Shown: positions 9,576 to 19,812 of the stretch, piece after piece | Layout of the letters: every line of letters begins with the position of its first letter | Position numbering within the stretch: position 1 is the stretch's first letter | Origin: Mycobacteriales bacterium | GTDB taxonomy: Bacteria; Actinomycetota; Actinomycetes; JAFAQI01 | Length of the DNA stretch: 64,000 nucleotides | Assembly: GCA_035501255.1 (NCBI GenBank) | Contig: DATJWM010000008.1 | Coordinates: 1,488-65,487, forward strand | Direction: 5' to 3' | Notes under the pieces: model-generated | The model's database searches: none | What the model was told of the DNA's origin: nothing | Seen by the model: only the letters and a program-made list of their open reading frames with translations | Position numbers and translations under genes: made by a program

Positions 9576-11561
9576 GTGGTCGAAGAAGGGGATCTGCTCT
9601 GGCGGCCCTCGGCGGACCGGGTCGCTCGCTCGCACCTGACGGCGTTCGCGGACTCCGTGGCCGAGGCAAGGGGGCGCACGTTTTCCTCCTACGCCGATCT
9701 CCACCGCTGGTCGGTGGACGAGCTCGAGGAATTCTGGGGCGATCTGACCGACTGGCTTGCGATCCGCTGGTCGACCGACCCCATCGAGGTGCTTGCCGAC
9801 CGCAAGATGCCAGGGGCGCGATGGTTCACCGAGGGCCGGCTGAACTATGCCGAGCACCTGCTGTATCCGCTCGTTGCCGTCGATGAGGACTCCGAGGCAG
9901 TGATCGCGGTCCGCGAGGACGACCGCCGAACGGCGCTGACCTGGCGGGAGCTGCGCGCCCAGGTCGGCTGCCTCCGGCACTGGATGCGCGCTCGCGGCGT
10001 CGGTCGCGGGGATCGGGTCGCCGCGTTGCTGCCCAACGGGCTCGAGGCGCTCGTCGCGGTGCTGGCGACCGCGTCGCTGGGCGCCATTTGGTCGAGCTGT
10101 TCACCCGACTTCGGTCCGACGGCGATCGCGGACCGGTTCGCCCAGATCGAGCCGAAGGTGCTGTTCACCGTCGACGGATACTGCTACGGCGGCGCGAGCT
10201 ATGACATCAGGTCCACGGTCGAGGAGCTTCGTCGCTCCCTTCCGAGTCTCGAGCACACCGTCCTCGTCGGCTACCTCGATGACGATGCGATCCTCGACGC
10301 GAGCGTGCGGTGGCCCGAGGCGCTCGCGGACAGCGCTCCGCCGGCGTTTGAACCGATGGGTTTCGCCGAGCCGCTGTGGGTGCTGTTCTCCTCGGGCACG
10401 ACCGGCTTGCCGAAGCCGATCCTGCACGGTCACGGGACGATGCTGGTCGAACACGCCAAGCAGCTGCGGCTCCATCTCGACCTGGGCGCGGACGACCGGT
10501 TCTTCTGGTTCTCGACGACCGGGTGGATGATGTGGAACCTCCTGATCTCCGCCCTTGCGGTCGGCTCGAGCATCGTCCTGTACGACGGCAACCCCGCCTA
10601 CCCGGACGCCTCCCGGATCTGGCGGCTTGCCGAGGCCGAGCGGATCACGTCCCTGGGACTCGGGGCGCCGTTCATTCAGGCGTGTGCAAAAGCCGGACTG
10701 CGGCCCCGCGACACCCTCGACCTCAGCGCCTTGCGGTCGGTCGGCTCCACCGGGGCGCCGTTGCCGCCCGAGGGGTTCGCCTGGGTGTACGACGCGGTCG
10801 GGCCTGATCTGATGCTGTCCTCGCTCTCCGGTGGCACCGATGTCTGCAGCGCGTTTGTCGGCGGAGCGCCCTGGCTTGCGGTCCGCGCCGGCGTGATCCC
10901 TGCTCGGATGCTGGGTTGTGCCGTCGAGGCCTTTGACGCGCGGGGCCGGCCGGTCCTCGACGAGGTCGGTGAGCTCGTGATCACGGCCCCGATGCCGTCG
11001 ATGCCGGTCGGGTTCTGGAACGACCCGGACGGGTCCCGGTTGCGGGAGGCGTACTTCGAGAACTACCCCGGGGTGTGGCGGCACGGCGACTGGGTGAAGT
11101 TCGCCTCCGACGGGTCATGCGTGATCTACGGGCGCAGCGACTCGACCCTCAACCGCGGCGGCGTCCGGATGGGGACGAGCGAGTTCTACCGCGTAGTGGA
11201 GGAGCTTCCCGAGGTCGAGGACTCGATCGTCATCGACACCTCGGCGGCCGGGGTCGAAGGCAGGCTGCTGTTGTTCGTCGTCCTGACTCCGGGCGCATCG
11301 CTCAACGACGTGACGATGGCGTTGCGCAAGCGGATTCGCTCGCAACTCTCGCCGCGGCACGTCCCGGACCGGGTGATCGCGATCGAGGCGGTGCCCAGGA
11401 CGCTCAATGGGAAGAAGTGCGAGGTGCCGGTCAAGCGGGTGCTGGCCGGCGTACCGCTCGCCGAAGCGGTGTCCGCGGGCTCGCTGAAGGACCCGACCAC
11501 CATGACCCCGTTCGTCCAACTGTCAGCAACCGGGCATTCCGGCGGCCACAACCCCCGATAA
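9576..11561 (+). CDS. acsA: Acetoacetyl-CoA synthetase (acetoacetate-CoA ligase)
   Basis: N-terminus LWRPSADRVARSHLTAFAD is typical of acetoacetyl-CoA synthetases. Also carries an AMP-binding SSGTTGLPK motif. GTG 9576 was chosen (661 aa). The listed 763-aa ORF is an upstream over-extension through hemH. Confidence 0.85.
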   Translation: MVEEGDLLWRPSADRVARSHLTAFADSVAEARGRTFSSYADLHRWSVDELEEFWGDLTDWLAIRWSTDPIEVLADRKMPGARWFTEGRLNYAEHLLYPLVAVDEDSEAVIAVREDDRRTALTWRELRAQVGCLRHWMRARGVGRGDRVAALLPNGLEALVAVLATASLGAIWSSCSPDFGPTAIADRFAQIEPKVLFTVDGYCYGGASYDIRSTVEELRRSLPSLEHTVLVGYLDDDAILDASVRWPEALADSAPPAFEPMGFAEPLWVLFSSGTTGLPKPILHGHGTMLVEHAKQLRLHLDLGADDRFFWFSTTGWMMWNLLISALAVGSSIVLYDGNPAYPDASRIWRLAEAERITSLGLGAPFIQACAKAGLRPRDTLDLSALRSVGSTGAPLPPEGFAWVYDAVGPDLMLSSLSGGTDVCSAFVGGAPWLAVRAGVIPARMLGCAVEAFDARGRPVLDEVGELVITAPMPSMPVGFWNDPDGSRLREAYFENYPGVWRHGDWVKFASDGSCVIYGRSDSTLNRGGVRMGTSEFYRVVEELPEVEDSIVIDTSAAGVEGRLLLFVVLTPGASLNDVTMALRKRIRSQLSPRHVPDRVIAIEAVPRTLNGKKCEVPVKRVLAGVPLAEAVSAGSLKDPTTMTPFVQLSATGHSGGHNPR

Positions 11562-11576
11562 TTGACAGTTTGGCGG
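11513..11576. repeat. Palindromic ~60-bp element, copy 2 (arms CCAACTGTCAG / TTGACAGTTTGG)
   Basis: cgtCCAACTGTCAGcaaccgggcattccggcggccacaacccccgataaTTGACAGTTTGGcgg. It overlaps the last ~15 codons and the TAA stop of acsA. Confidence 0.7.
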
Positions 11577-11578
11577 GA

Positions 11579-12220
11579 TCAGTCGAGGCGCGGGTATCCG
11601 GGGACAGTGACGCCGAGGGTGTGGCTGACCCGTTCGGCCTCGGCGTGCGCGGAAAGGCGGGCCGGATCCGGGTGCCGCACCAGGACCGCCGATCCGCTGA
11701 CCGCGAGCGGTCCGATGAGTGCGTAGCCGAGTCCTCCCGGTACGTCGTACCCGATCGTCGTGAGCACCCGCGCGCCGTGCGGGAGGTCCGTCGCGGTCGC
11801 GGCCAGGACATCGTCGCCGGTGGGAGCGGTCGGCACGAACTGGTCGGGTTGGGTGGCGACGAGCCGGCTGAAGTCCGCCCCCATCGGCTCGAAGGTCAGG
11901 ACGTGACAGTCGCCGCCCGCGTCTTCCTCGCCGGCGAAGGAGAGGTCTCCGTCGGCGGAGAACGAGACGATGCCCCCCGCCGCCCAAGTTGCCAGGATGA
12001 TGATCGCGGTCTGCCAGTGCAACGGAAGCCGAACGCTGACGACGATGCCTTCCTCGACGCCATGTTCCTCGAGGTAGTTGGCCGTTTTCGCGACCCAGTT
12101 CGCGGTCGTGGCCACCGAGAGCTCGACCCGCTCGCCGGTCGAGTCGTCGTAGAACGTCAGGAACGGCCGGGCGCCGTCCGCTCGCAACTCGGCGTTCAGC
12201 AGATCGGTGGGTGTGGTCAC
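11579..12220 (-). CDS. Conserved actinobacterial hypothetical protein (degenerate adenylation-fold-like; TIGR03089-like from memory)
   Basis: 213-aa ORF with GTG start. No catalytic motifs recognised. Convergent with acsA. Confidence 0.5.
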   Translation of the reverse strand: MTTPTDLLNAELRADGARPFLTFYDDSTGERVELSVATTANWVAKTANYLEEHGVEEGIVVSVRLPLHWQTAIIILATWAAGGIVSFSADGDLSFAGEEDAGGDCHVLTFEPMGADFSRLVATQPDQFVPTAPTGDDVLAATATDLPHGARVLTTIGYDVPGGLGYALIGPLAVSGSAVLVRHPDPARLSAHAEAERVSHTLGVTVPGYPRLD

Positions 12221-12382
12221 CTGTTGAGCATGCGGTAGTCCGCCGTCGCGGCGCCATCTCGCGATTCACCCGGGCGGCGGGTGTCGCGAGCCAACGCGGT
12301 GAGTTATCCAGGTCTACGCTTAGTGGAGAACCACAACGAACCACGATCACGACAGTCGGGACAGACGGGGAGGGAGCCGCTC

Positions 12383-13513
12383 GTGGCCCCCCGGGTGCTC
12401 GTCGACGCGACCGCGGTGCCCGCCGATCGTGGCGGTGTCGGGCGGTACGTCGACGGACTACTTGCAGCACTTGGCAGTGCCGGTGCTGACCTCGCCATTG
12501 TCTGTCAGCGCTCGGATTCCGAGCGCTACGCACAGATGGCGCCGCGGGCGGAGGTGATCGCCGGCCCGGCCGCGATCGCTCACCGGCCGGCCCGCCTCGC
12601 CTGGGAACAGACCGGCCTCCCGCTCGTCGCGCAGCAGATCGCCGCCGAGGTCGTGCACTCGCCGCATTACACGATGCCGCTGCGGGCCGGGGTTCCGGTG
12701 GTCGTCACGATCCACGACGCGACCTTCTTCACCCAGCCGGACGCGGTGTCGCTCGCGAAAGGCAACTTCTACCGCTCCGCCACCCGGACGGCGTTGCGGC
12801 GCGCCGCCCGCGTCATCGTCCCGAGCAAGGCGACCCGCGATGAGCTGGTGCGGGTGCTCGACGCCGACCCGACCATCATCGACGTTGCCTACCACGGCGT
12901 CGATCCGGCGCTGTTTCACGTGCCAACGGACGCGGACCGGGCCCGGGTCGCGGCGCGCCTCGGACTGCACGGGCCGTACGTCGCCTTCCTCGGTGTCCTC
13001 GAGCCGCGTAAGAACGTCCCGGCGCTGATCCGGGGCTGGGTCGAGGCCGTCAACTGGCGCGACGATCCGCCGGCGCTCGTCCTCGCCGGCGGTACCGGCT
13101 GGGACGACGAGGTCGACGCGGCGATCGCCGAGGTGCCGAGCCACCTTCGAGTGGTGCGGCCCGGCTACCTCCGCTTCGCGGACCTTCCCGGCTTCCTCGG
13201 TGGGGCGACGGTCGTCGCGTTCCCGAGTCACGGGGAGGGCTTCGGCCTGCCGGTCCTCGAGGCGATGGCCTGTGGTACGCCGGTGCTCACGACCCCGCGG
13301 CTCTCCCTCCCCGAGGTGGGGGGCGACGCCGTCGCCTACACCGAGCCGGACGCGGAGTCGATCGGAGCCGCGCTCTCGGCGCTGCTCGACGACGCCGGTC
13401 GGCGCCAGGCCCTGTCCGAGGCGGCGCTGGCTCGGGCTCGGGAGTTCACCTGGCAGGCGAGTGCAGAAGTGCACCTCGCTTCCTATGCCCGCGCGGCCGC
13501 CCTCTCGGCCTGA
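12383..13513 (+). CDS. GT4-family glycosyltransferase (mannosyltransferase-like)
   Basis: C-terminal EGFGLPVLEAMACGTPVL GT4 signature. GTG 12383 is preceded by GGGGAGGGAG (SD). Confidence 0.8.
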   Translation: MAPRVLVDATAVPADRGGVGRYVDGLLAALGSAGADLAIVCQRSDSERYAQMAPRAEVIAGPAAIAHRPARLAWEQTGLPLVAQQIAAEVVHSPHYTMPLRAGVPVVVTIHDATFFTQPDAVSLAKGNFYRSATRTALRRAARVIVPSKATRDELVRVLDADPTIIDVAYHGVDPALFHVPTDADRARVAARLGLHGPYVAFLGVLEPRKNVPALIRGWVEAVNWRDDPPALVLAGGTGWDDEVDAAIAEVPSHLRVVRPGYLRFADLPGFLGGATVVAFPSHGEGFGLPVLEAMACGTPVLTTPRLSLPEVGGDAVAYTEPDAESIGAALSALLDDAGRRQALSEAALARAREFTWQASAEVHLASYARAAALSA

Positions 13514-13527
13514 TCGTCGCGACGCCC

Positions 13528-14598
13528 GTGGAAGCAGTTGTCCTCGTCGGGGGACAGGGGACCCGGCTCCAGCCGTTGACGCTGCGTACGCCGAAGCCGA
13601 TGCTGCCCCTGGCCGGCGTACCGTTCCTGACTCATCAGATCAGCCGGTTGCAGGCGGCCGGAGTCGACCACCTCGTCTTGGCCACCTCATACCGCTCGGA
13701 GGTGTTCACCGAGCACTTCGGTGACGGTCGCGAGCTCGGACTGCGGATCGACTACGTGACCGAGACCGAGCCGCTCGGGACGGGTGGCGGGATTCGCAAC
13801 GTCCTCGGCCAACTGGACTCGGGGCCGGATGACCCAGTGATCATCGCCAACGGCGACGTCCTGTCCGGGCACAACCTCACGGCCCAACTCGACCTGCATC
13901 GGCGGCGAGCGGCGGCGCTGACCTTGCATCTCGTCGAGGTCGACGACCCCAGGGCCTTCGGGTGTGTGCCGATCGATGACGACGATCGCGTGACCGGGTT
14001 CATCGAGAAGTCGCCAGAACCGGTGACCAACCGGGTCAACGCCGGCTGCTACGTCTTTGCGCGCCGGGTGATCGAGCGGATTCCCGCCGGTCGCCCGGTT
14101 TCGGTCGAGCGCGAGACCTTCCCGGCGCTGCTCGCCGCGGACGAGCTGGTCCTCGGCTATGTCGACAACGCGTACTGGCTCGATGTCGGCACGCCGCGCG
14201 CCTTCGTGCGGGGAAGTGCGGACGTCGTTCTCGGCGTCGTCGACTCACCCGCGCTTCCCGGCCCGATCGGCAACGCGCTGATCGATCCGCGGGCGCAGGT
14301 GGCGGCCGGTACGACGATCACGGGCGGATCGGTCATCGGCCCCGGTGCGCGGGTCGAGACGGGAGCCGTCGTCGACGCCGCCGTGATCGGTGCCGATGTC
14401 GTGGTGGGGGCCGGCGCCACCATCGTGCGCTCGCTGGTCGGATCGGGGGCCCAGGTCGGCGCGAACACGTCGGTGACCGATGCCGTTCTCGGCGACGGTT
14501 GCGCGATCGGCGCCGACAACGAACTGGCCGGCGGGATTCGGATCTGGACCGACGCGGTCATCCCCGCCGGTGCGCTCCGGTTCTCGCCGTTGCCGTGA
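13528..14598 (+). CDS. Mannose-1-phosphate guanylyltransferase / sugar nucleotidyltransferase with C-terminal left-handed beta-helix
   Basis: [31 protein letters not shown]-terminal NTP-transferase motif. C-terminal hexapeptide-repeat region. Confidence 0.8.
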   Translation: MEAVVLVGGQGTRLQPLTLRTPKPMLPLAGVPFLTHQISRLQAAGVDHLVLATSYRSEVFTEHFGDGRELGLRIDYVTETEPLGTGGGIRNVLGQLDSGPDDPVIIANGDVLSGHNLTAQLDLHRRRAAALTLHLVEVDDPRAFGCVPIDDDDRVTGFIEKSPEPVTNRVNAGCYVFARRVIERIPAGRPVSVERETFPALLAADELVLGYVDNAYWLDVGTPRAFVRGSADVVLGVVDSPALPGPIGNALIDPRAQVAAGTTITGGSVIGPGARVETGAVVDAAVIGADVVVGAGATIVRSLVGSGAQVGANTSVTDAVLGDGCAIGADNELAGGIRIWTDAVIPAGALRFSPLP

Positions 14599-15619
14599 CC
14601 TGGTCAGCGATGATCCGCACGGTTGCGGTTCGGCCGTCGGCGTCGGCAACCGGCCTCGTCGCGCGCAGACCGTCAGCGGCCAGCGCGCCGGCGAGTCGGC
14701 CCAAGACGTAGCCGACGGTAAGCGACTCCCCGGCGGCGGTGACCGACCGACCGTCAGGGGCGACCGTGATCGAGACCTCGGGGTGCTCGACGGAGGCGAC
14801 CGCCCTGTGAACGTCGGAGATGGGTACGCCCACGCCCGACCCCTCGGTCCGACCGGTCGAGTCCGCCGTGCCCGGATGCACTGGCGCGCTTCGCCGTACC
14901 ACCTCGCGCATCGCCTCCTCGGTGCCGAGGCGGAACATGTCCTGCTCGGCGGCGCGGACGAGTGGTCGTGCTCCGCGCCCAGGATCGTTGCGGGTCAAGG
15001 GAAATCCGCGAATGACCGCGACGGGCGTCGACGACAGCTTGCCTTTGACGAGGTCCGCCGCGGCCGCGAGCTCGTCGGCAATCGCGATCACCGTGGCCTC
15101 GAGCAGGTGCCCCGCCGCGTCCCGCTGACCGCGTAGGTCCCAGAGCACGTCCAGTCCGGCGGCACCGATCGCGACGTCCGTGACCCCCTCGCGCCACGGA
15201 CGTCCCATCGTGTCGCTGACGATCACCGCGACGTCAACGCCCAGCTCTGCCCGCAGCGCGTGCCGGATCGCTCGTGCCGACGCGTCCGGGTCGAGCGGGA
15301 GCAGGGCAACGGTTCCGGCTGGAACGTTGCTCGCGTCGATGCCGGCTGCCGCCATCACGAACCCGTGATGGGTCTGGACGATCTGCGTGTCACCCCGGCG
15401 TGCGACGACGCGCGCCGTCTCGGCCGCCAGGTGGTCCTCGCGCGTGCCCGTGACAAGCCGACCCTCGGCCTTGGACACGACCTTGCTGGTGACCACGAGG
15501 ATGTCCCCGTCGCGCAGGTCAGGCCCGGCGCGGATCACCCACTCCGCGACGGTGGCTCCCTCGCGTGGCGTGATCTCGGGGATCCCGTCGATTCCCCAGA
15601 CCTGAACGGACGCCGTCAC
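14558..15619 (-). CDS. fbiB: Coenzyme F420-0:L-glutamate ligase (CofE / FbiB N-domain homolog) with ~100-aa C-terminal extension
   Basis: [17 protein letters not shown] and GIDASNVP motifs. GTG 15619 overlaps the cofD stop (GTGA). The listed 568-aa ORF over-extends into cofD. Confidence 0.8.
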   Translation of the reverse strand: MTASVQVWGIDGIPEITPREGATVAEWVIRAGPDLRDGDILVVTSKVVSKAEGRLVTGTREDHLAAETARVVARRGDTQIVQTHHGFVMAAAGIDASNVPAGTVALLPLDPDASARAIRHALRAELGVDVAVIVSDTMGRPWREGVTDVAIGAAGLDVLWDLRGQRDAAGHLLEATVIAIADELAAAADLVKGKLSSTPVAVIRGFPLTRNDPGRGARPLVRAAEQDMFRLGTEEAMREVVRRSAPVHPGTADSTGRTEGSGVGVPISDVHRAVASVEHPEVSITVAPDGRSVTAAGESLTVGYVLGRLAGALAADGLRATRPVADADGRTATVRIIADQVTATARTGAHRRG

Positions 15620-16599
15620 TCGCTCTCCCCGGAGGCGAGGTCGAGCGCCGCGCGGGCCATCGCCTCCGTGGCGGCGAGGTCGGTCATCATCAACGGCACG
15701 GCGGCTGCTCGCAGGCCGGCTGACCGCAGCGAGGACACCGATGATTCGTCGACCAGGTCGACGAGCCACCCGTCGATCAGCCCTCCGCGCGAGCGAGCTC
15801 CGTAATGCAGAGCGACCGCGGCCGCGGTGGTCGGGACACCGATCGCCGACAGGCACGCATCTGCCATACCGCGCACGGGTGCATCGCCGACAATAGGCGA
15901 CAGTCCGACGACCGGTGCGTGCGTGCAGCGCAAGGCGTCGGCGACGCCAGGGACGGCGAGGATGACTCCCACGGACACCACCGGATTGCTCGGGGGCAGG
16001 AGGATGACGTCCGCGTCGCGAATCGAGTCGATGACTCCGGGGGCCGGTGTCGCCGCGCCCACCCCGACGACGTCGAAGCCCGTCGCCGCGACCGATGCGC
16101 GCAGTTCGACCCACCATTGTTGAAAGTGAACCCGGCGGCCGTCGAGGAGATCCACGTGCGTCTCGATCGGGGTGTTCGTGACCGGAAGCAGGCGCACGCC
16201 TGGACGCCAGCGGCGGCACAACCGGTCGGTCACCTGCGAGAGCGGCATCCCGGCGCGCAGCCACTCGCTGCGCAGCAGGTGGGTGGCCAGGTCGAGGTCA
16301 CCGAGCCCGAACCAAGACGGGATCGGCGAGTCCGCATCGCCGTTCGGAAGTCCCTCGGCGTACGCCGTGAGCTCGGAGCGGACGCGGAACGTCTCATCCT
16401 CGCGACCCCAACCCCGTTCGGCCGAGATCCCGCCGCCGAGGGTGTACATCACCGTGTCGAGGTCGGGACAGATCCGCAGTCCGAGCAGGGATAGGTCGTC
16501 ACCGGTGTTGCCGACCACGGTGATGTCGTGACCGAGCGCCCGGAGCCCCAGCAGGAAACGGGCGCCGCCGATCCCGCCGGAGAGGACAGTGACCTGCAC
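15616..16599 (-). CDS. fbiA: 2-phospho-L-lactate transferase (CofD / FbiA)
   Basis: [19 protein letters not shown]...GNTGDD is the hallmark CofD N-terminus. Confidence 0.85.
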   Translation of the reverse strand: MQVTVLSGGIGGARFLLGLRALGHDITVVGNTGDDLSLLGLRICPDLDTVMYTLGGGISAERGWGREDETFRVRSELTAYAEGLPNGDADSPIPSWFGLGDLDLATHLLRSEWLRAGMPLSQVTDRLCRRWRPGVRLLPVTNTPIETHVDLLDGRRVHFQQWWVELRASVAATGFDVVGVGAATPAPGVIDSIRDADVILLPPSNPVVSVGVILAVPGVADALRCTHAPVVGLSPIVGDAPVRGMADACLSAIGVPTTAAAVALHYGARSRGGLIDGWLVDLVDESSVSSLRSAGLRAAAVPLMMTDLAATEAMARAALDLASGESE

Positions 16600-16660
16600 G
16601 CAGTGCAGTCTTGCCTACCGGTTCGCCTCCGTGCCGACCGGTTCCGCGTAGGGTCGATGC

Positions 16661-19204
16661 ATGCAGCCTCAGGATGCGGCCGCGGTGATCTCCGATTCCG
16701 CGATGCGGCGCGCGCTGCGCCGGGCTGAGGACGGGAAGACCCTCGACGGCGCGGAAGCGGTCATCCTGCTGGGCGCCCGCGGGGCCGACCTCGACCGACT
16801 GAGCGCAGTGGCCGGTCGGGTGCGAGATGCCGGCCTCGAGGCGCTCGGCCGGCCCGGCACGGTGACCTACAGCCGCAAGGTGTTCATCCCGCTGACCCGC
16901 CTGTGCCGGGATCGCTGCCACTACTGCACGTTCGCGACCACGCCGGGTCGCGTCCCGGCGGCGTACCTCTCTCCCGACGAGGTGATGGACGTTGCCAGGG
17001 CGGGTGCTGCCGCGGGGTGCAAGGAGGCGTTGTTCACGCTGGGGGACCGCCCCGAGGACCGGTGGCCGCAGGCGCGCGAGTGGCTCGACGCCCACGGCTT
17101 CGACTCGACCCTCGGTTACGTCCGGGCGATGGCGATCAGGGTCCTCGAGGAGACCGGGTTGTTGCCGCATCTCAACCCGGGGGTGATGTCGTGGGAGGAC
17201 CTTCAGCGGCTCAAGCCGGTCGCGCCCTCGATGGGGCTGATGCTCGAGACGACGGCGGATCTGCCGGCCCACCGCGGAAGCCCGGACAAGGTGCCCGCGG
17301 TCCGGCTGCGGGCGATCGAGGACGCAGGCCGGTCGAACATTGCGTTCACGACCGGTCTGCTCGTAGGGATCGGCGAGAGCGCCGCGGATCGGGTCGAATC
17401 GCTGTTCGCGCTGCGTGCGCTGTCCCGGCAATACGGGCACATCCAGGAAGTCATCATCCAGAACTTCCGGGCCAAGCCCGACACCGCGATGCGGACGGCG
17501 GACGATCTCGGAGTCGACGAGTACGTCGCAACCGTCGCGGTTGCCCGACTGCTCCTCGGTCCCCAAGTGCGAGTCCAGGCGCCGCCGAACCTCGTCGACC
17601 CGCAGGAGTGCCGCCGGCTCCTCGCCGCCGGGGTGGACGACTGGGGTGGGGTGTCACCGGTCACCCCCGATCACGTGAACCCGGAGCGGCCCTGGCCGGC
17701 GCTGGAGGCGCTGGCCACCCTCAGCGCTGAGTCCGGCTACACCTTGACCGAGCGACTCACCGCCCACCCTCGCTATCTCACCGAACCCTGGCTCGATCCC
17801 CGGCTGCGCCCGCACGTCGACGCGCTGCGCGACGACCGTGGCCTGGCAAACCCCGCGGTCACCCCGACCGGGCTTCCGTGGCAGGAGCCGGACGGCGGAT
17901 GGGATGACGCGGGCCGAGTCGACCTGCACGAGACGATCGACACCGAGGGTCGGATCGACCGCACGCGCTCGGACATCGACACGGCGTACGGCGCCTGGGA
18001 TTCGGTGCGGGTCAGCGAGGAGGCCAAGAACCGGGGCAGCGCTGTGGCCGAGCCCGCCGCGGTACAGCGGATTCGCCCCGAGTTCGCGACCGCGCTGCGA
18101 CATGCCGAGCGCGATCCTGCCGGGATCGGCGACTCGGACGCGCTGATCCTGTTCGATGCGTTGCCCGGGGCCGAGATCGAGGCGCTCGCGGAGGTTGCGG
18201 ACGGCCTGCGGCGGGACGCCGTCGGTGACACGGTGACCTACGTCGTCAACCGCAACATCAACTTCACCAACGTCTGTTACACCGGTTGCCGGTTCTGTGC
18301 CTTTGCCCAACGACGAACCGATGCGGACGCCTACACCCTGTCCCTCGACGAGGTCGGCGCACGCGCGGACGCGGCGGTGCTCGTCGGCGCGACCGAGATC
18401 TGCATGCAGGGCGGGATCTCGCCGGAGCTGCCGGCCACGGCGTACTTCGATCTTGCCCGCGAGATCAAGCGGCGCCAGCCCGACCTGCATGTGCACGCGT
18501 TCTCGCCGATGGAAGTGGTCAACGGCGCCACCCGGATGGGCATGTCGATCCGGGACTGGCTGATCGAGGCGAAGGCGGCCGGGGTCGACTCGCTTCCCGG
18601 TACCGCCGCGGAGATTCTCGACGACGACGTTCGATGGGTGCTCACCAAAGGGAAGCTGCCGACCGCGTCCTGGATCGAGGTGGTGACCACCGCCCACAGC
18701 GTCGGCATCCCGACCACCTCGACGATGATGTACGGCCACGTCGACACTCCCGCCCATTGGGTCGCACACCTGAAGTTGCTGGCCCGGCTCCAGGCGGAGT
18801 CGGGGGGGTTTACCGAGTTCGTGCCGTTGCCGTTCGTGCACCACAACGCGCCGCTCTACCTCGCCGGACTTGCTCGGCCGGGTTCGACCCGGCGAGAAGA
18901 CCGGGCGGTGCATGCGATGGCGCGGATCCTGTTGCACGGCCAGATCTCCAACGTGCAGACCTCCTGGGTCAAGTTGGGCACCGAGGGTTGTGTGGAGATG
19001 CTGCGCGGCGGGGTGAACGATCTCGGCGGCACGCTGATGGAGGAGACGATCAGCCGCATGGCCGGTTCGCAGCACGGGTCACGGCGGACGCCTGCGGAGC
19101 TGGTGGCGATTGCGGACGCGGCCGGACGGCCGGCTCGCCAACGTACGACCTTTTACGGCGAGGTGGTGGCGCCGACCCGGACCGAGCTCGAGGTCGCGGG
19201 CTGA
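16661..19204 (+). CDS. fbiC: FO synthase, fused CofG/CofH radical-SAM (FbiC)
   Basis: Two radical-SAM CxxxCxxC motifs ([10 protein letters not shown] and [10 protein letters not shown]) in an 847-aa protein. Confidence 0.9.
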   Translation: MQPQDAAAVISDSAMRRALRRAEDGKTLDGAEAVILLGARGADLDRLSAVAGRVRDAGLEALGRPGTVTYSRKVFIPLTRLCRDRCHYCTFATTPGRVPAAYLSPDEVMDVARAGAAAGCKEALFTLGDRPEDRWPQAREWLDAHGFDSTLGYVRAMAIRVLEETGLLPHLNPGVMSWEDLQRLKPVAPSMGLMLETTADLPAHRGSPDKVPAVRLRAIEDAGRSNIAFTTGLLVGIGESAADRVESLFALRALSRQYGHIQEVIIQNFRAKPDTAMRTADDLGVDEYVATVAVARLLLGPQVRVQAPPNLVDPQECRRLLAAGVDDWGGVSPVTPDHVNPERPWPALEALATLSAESGYTLTERLTAHPRYLTEPWLDPRLRPHVDALRDDRGLANPAVTPTGLPWQEPDGGWDDAGRVDLHETIDTEGRIDRTRSDIDTAYGAWDSVRVSEEAKNRGSAVAEPAAVQRIRPEFATALRHAERDPAGIGDSDALILFDALPGAEIEALAEVADGLRRDAVGDTVTYVVNRNINFTNVCYTGCRFCAFAQRRTDADAYTLSLDEVGARADAAVLVGATEICMQGGISPELPATAYFDLAREIKRRQPDLHVHAFSPMEVVNGATRMGMSIRDWLIEAKAAGVDSLPGTAAEILDDDVRWVLTKGKLPTASWIEVVTTAHSVGIPTTSTMMYGHVDTPAHWVAHLKLLARLQAESGGFTEFVPLPFVHHNAPLYLAGLARPGSTRREDRAVHAMARILLHGQISNVQTSWVKLGTEGCVEMLRGGVNDLGGTLMEETISRMAGSQHGSRRTPAELVAIADAAGRPARQRTTFYGEVVAPTRTELEVAG

Positions 19205-19433
19205 CCTGATCACGCTCGGTCGGCCGGATCCGACGGTGATTTCGGACCGGGAACCGGCCGGCCGACCGGATAGTTGTCCACCGCGATACCACCGGTGCAC
19301 TTGACTTTCTGGGTACGACGCGCGTGTAATTCCATGCGTGTCATTCCTCGGGCCTTGTTCTGGCGAGCAGACCTGGGCACGCCGTGGGTCGCGTCAGGAC
19401 GGCCACGGATCGCACGAGGTGGAGGCCAATCTC

Positions 19434-19694
19434 ATGTCCGAGCCGCTGATTCTTCTGCCAGGCGAGGAAACCGAACCGCTGCCGTGGCAGGTCGAGGCCC
19501 TCTGTGCGCAAACCGACCCCGAGGCGTTCTTCCCGGAGAAGGGCGGGTCGACCCGTGAGGCGAAGCGGGTCTGCGGCCGCTGTGACGTGCGTGGTGAGTG
19601 CCTGTCCTACGCGCTCGCTCACGATGAGCGCTTCGGCATCTGGGGCGGGCTGTCCGAGCGGGAACGCCGTCGGTTGAAAAAGCGCGTCGTCTGA
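19434..19694 (+). CDS. whiB: WhiB-family redox-sensing transcription factor (WhiB2/WhmD-like)
   Basis: Four Cys (C-x29-C-x2-C-x5-C pattern: CAQTDPE...CGRCDVRGEC) and the GIWGG turn plus basic tail. ATG 19434 is preceded by GGAGG. Confidence 0.9.
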   Translation: MSEPLILLPGEETEPLPWQVEALCAQTDPEAFFPEKGGSTREAKRVCGRCDVRGECLSYALAHDERFGIWGGLSERERRRLKKRVV

Positions 19695-19812
19695 CGCCGC
19701 CGGCAGCCGACCGTTCAGGAACGGTGGTTGCGGCCTGGCATAAGGTGGGCGCTCGGCTCGCCGCCGCGCGCAGCTTCCCCGCCCTCCGCAGGACCGTGAC
19801 GTAACCCCACCG

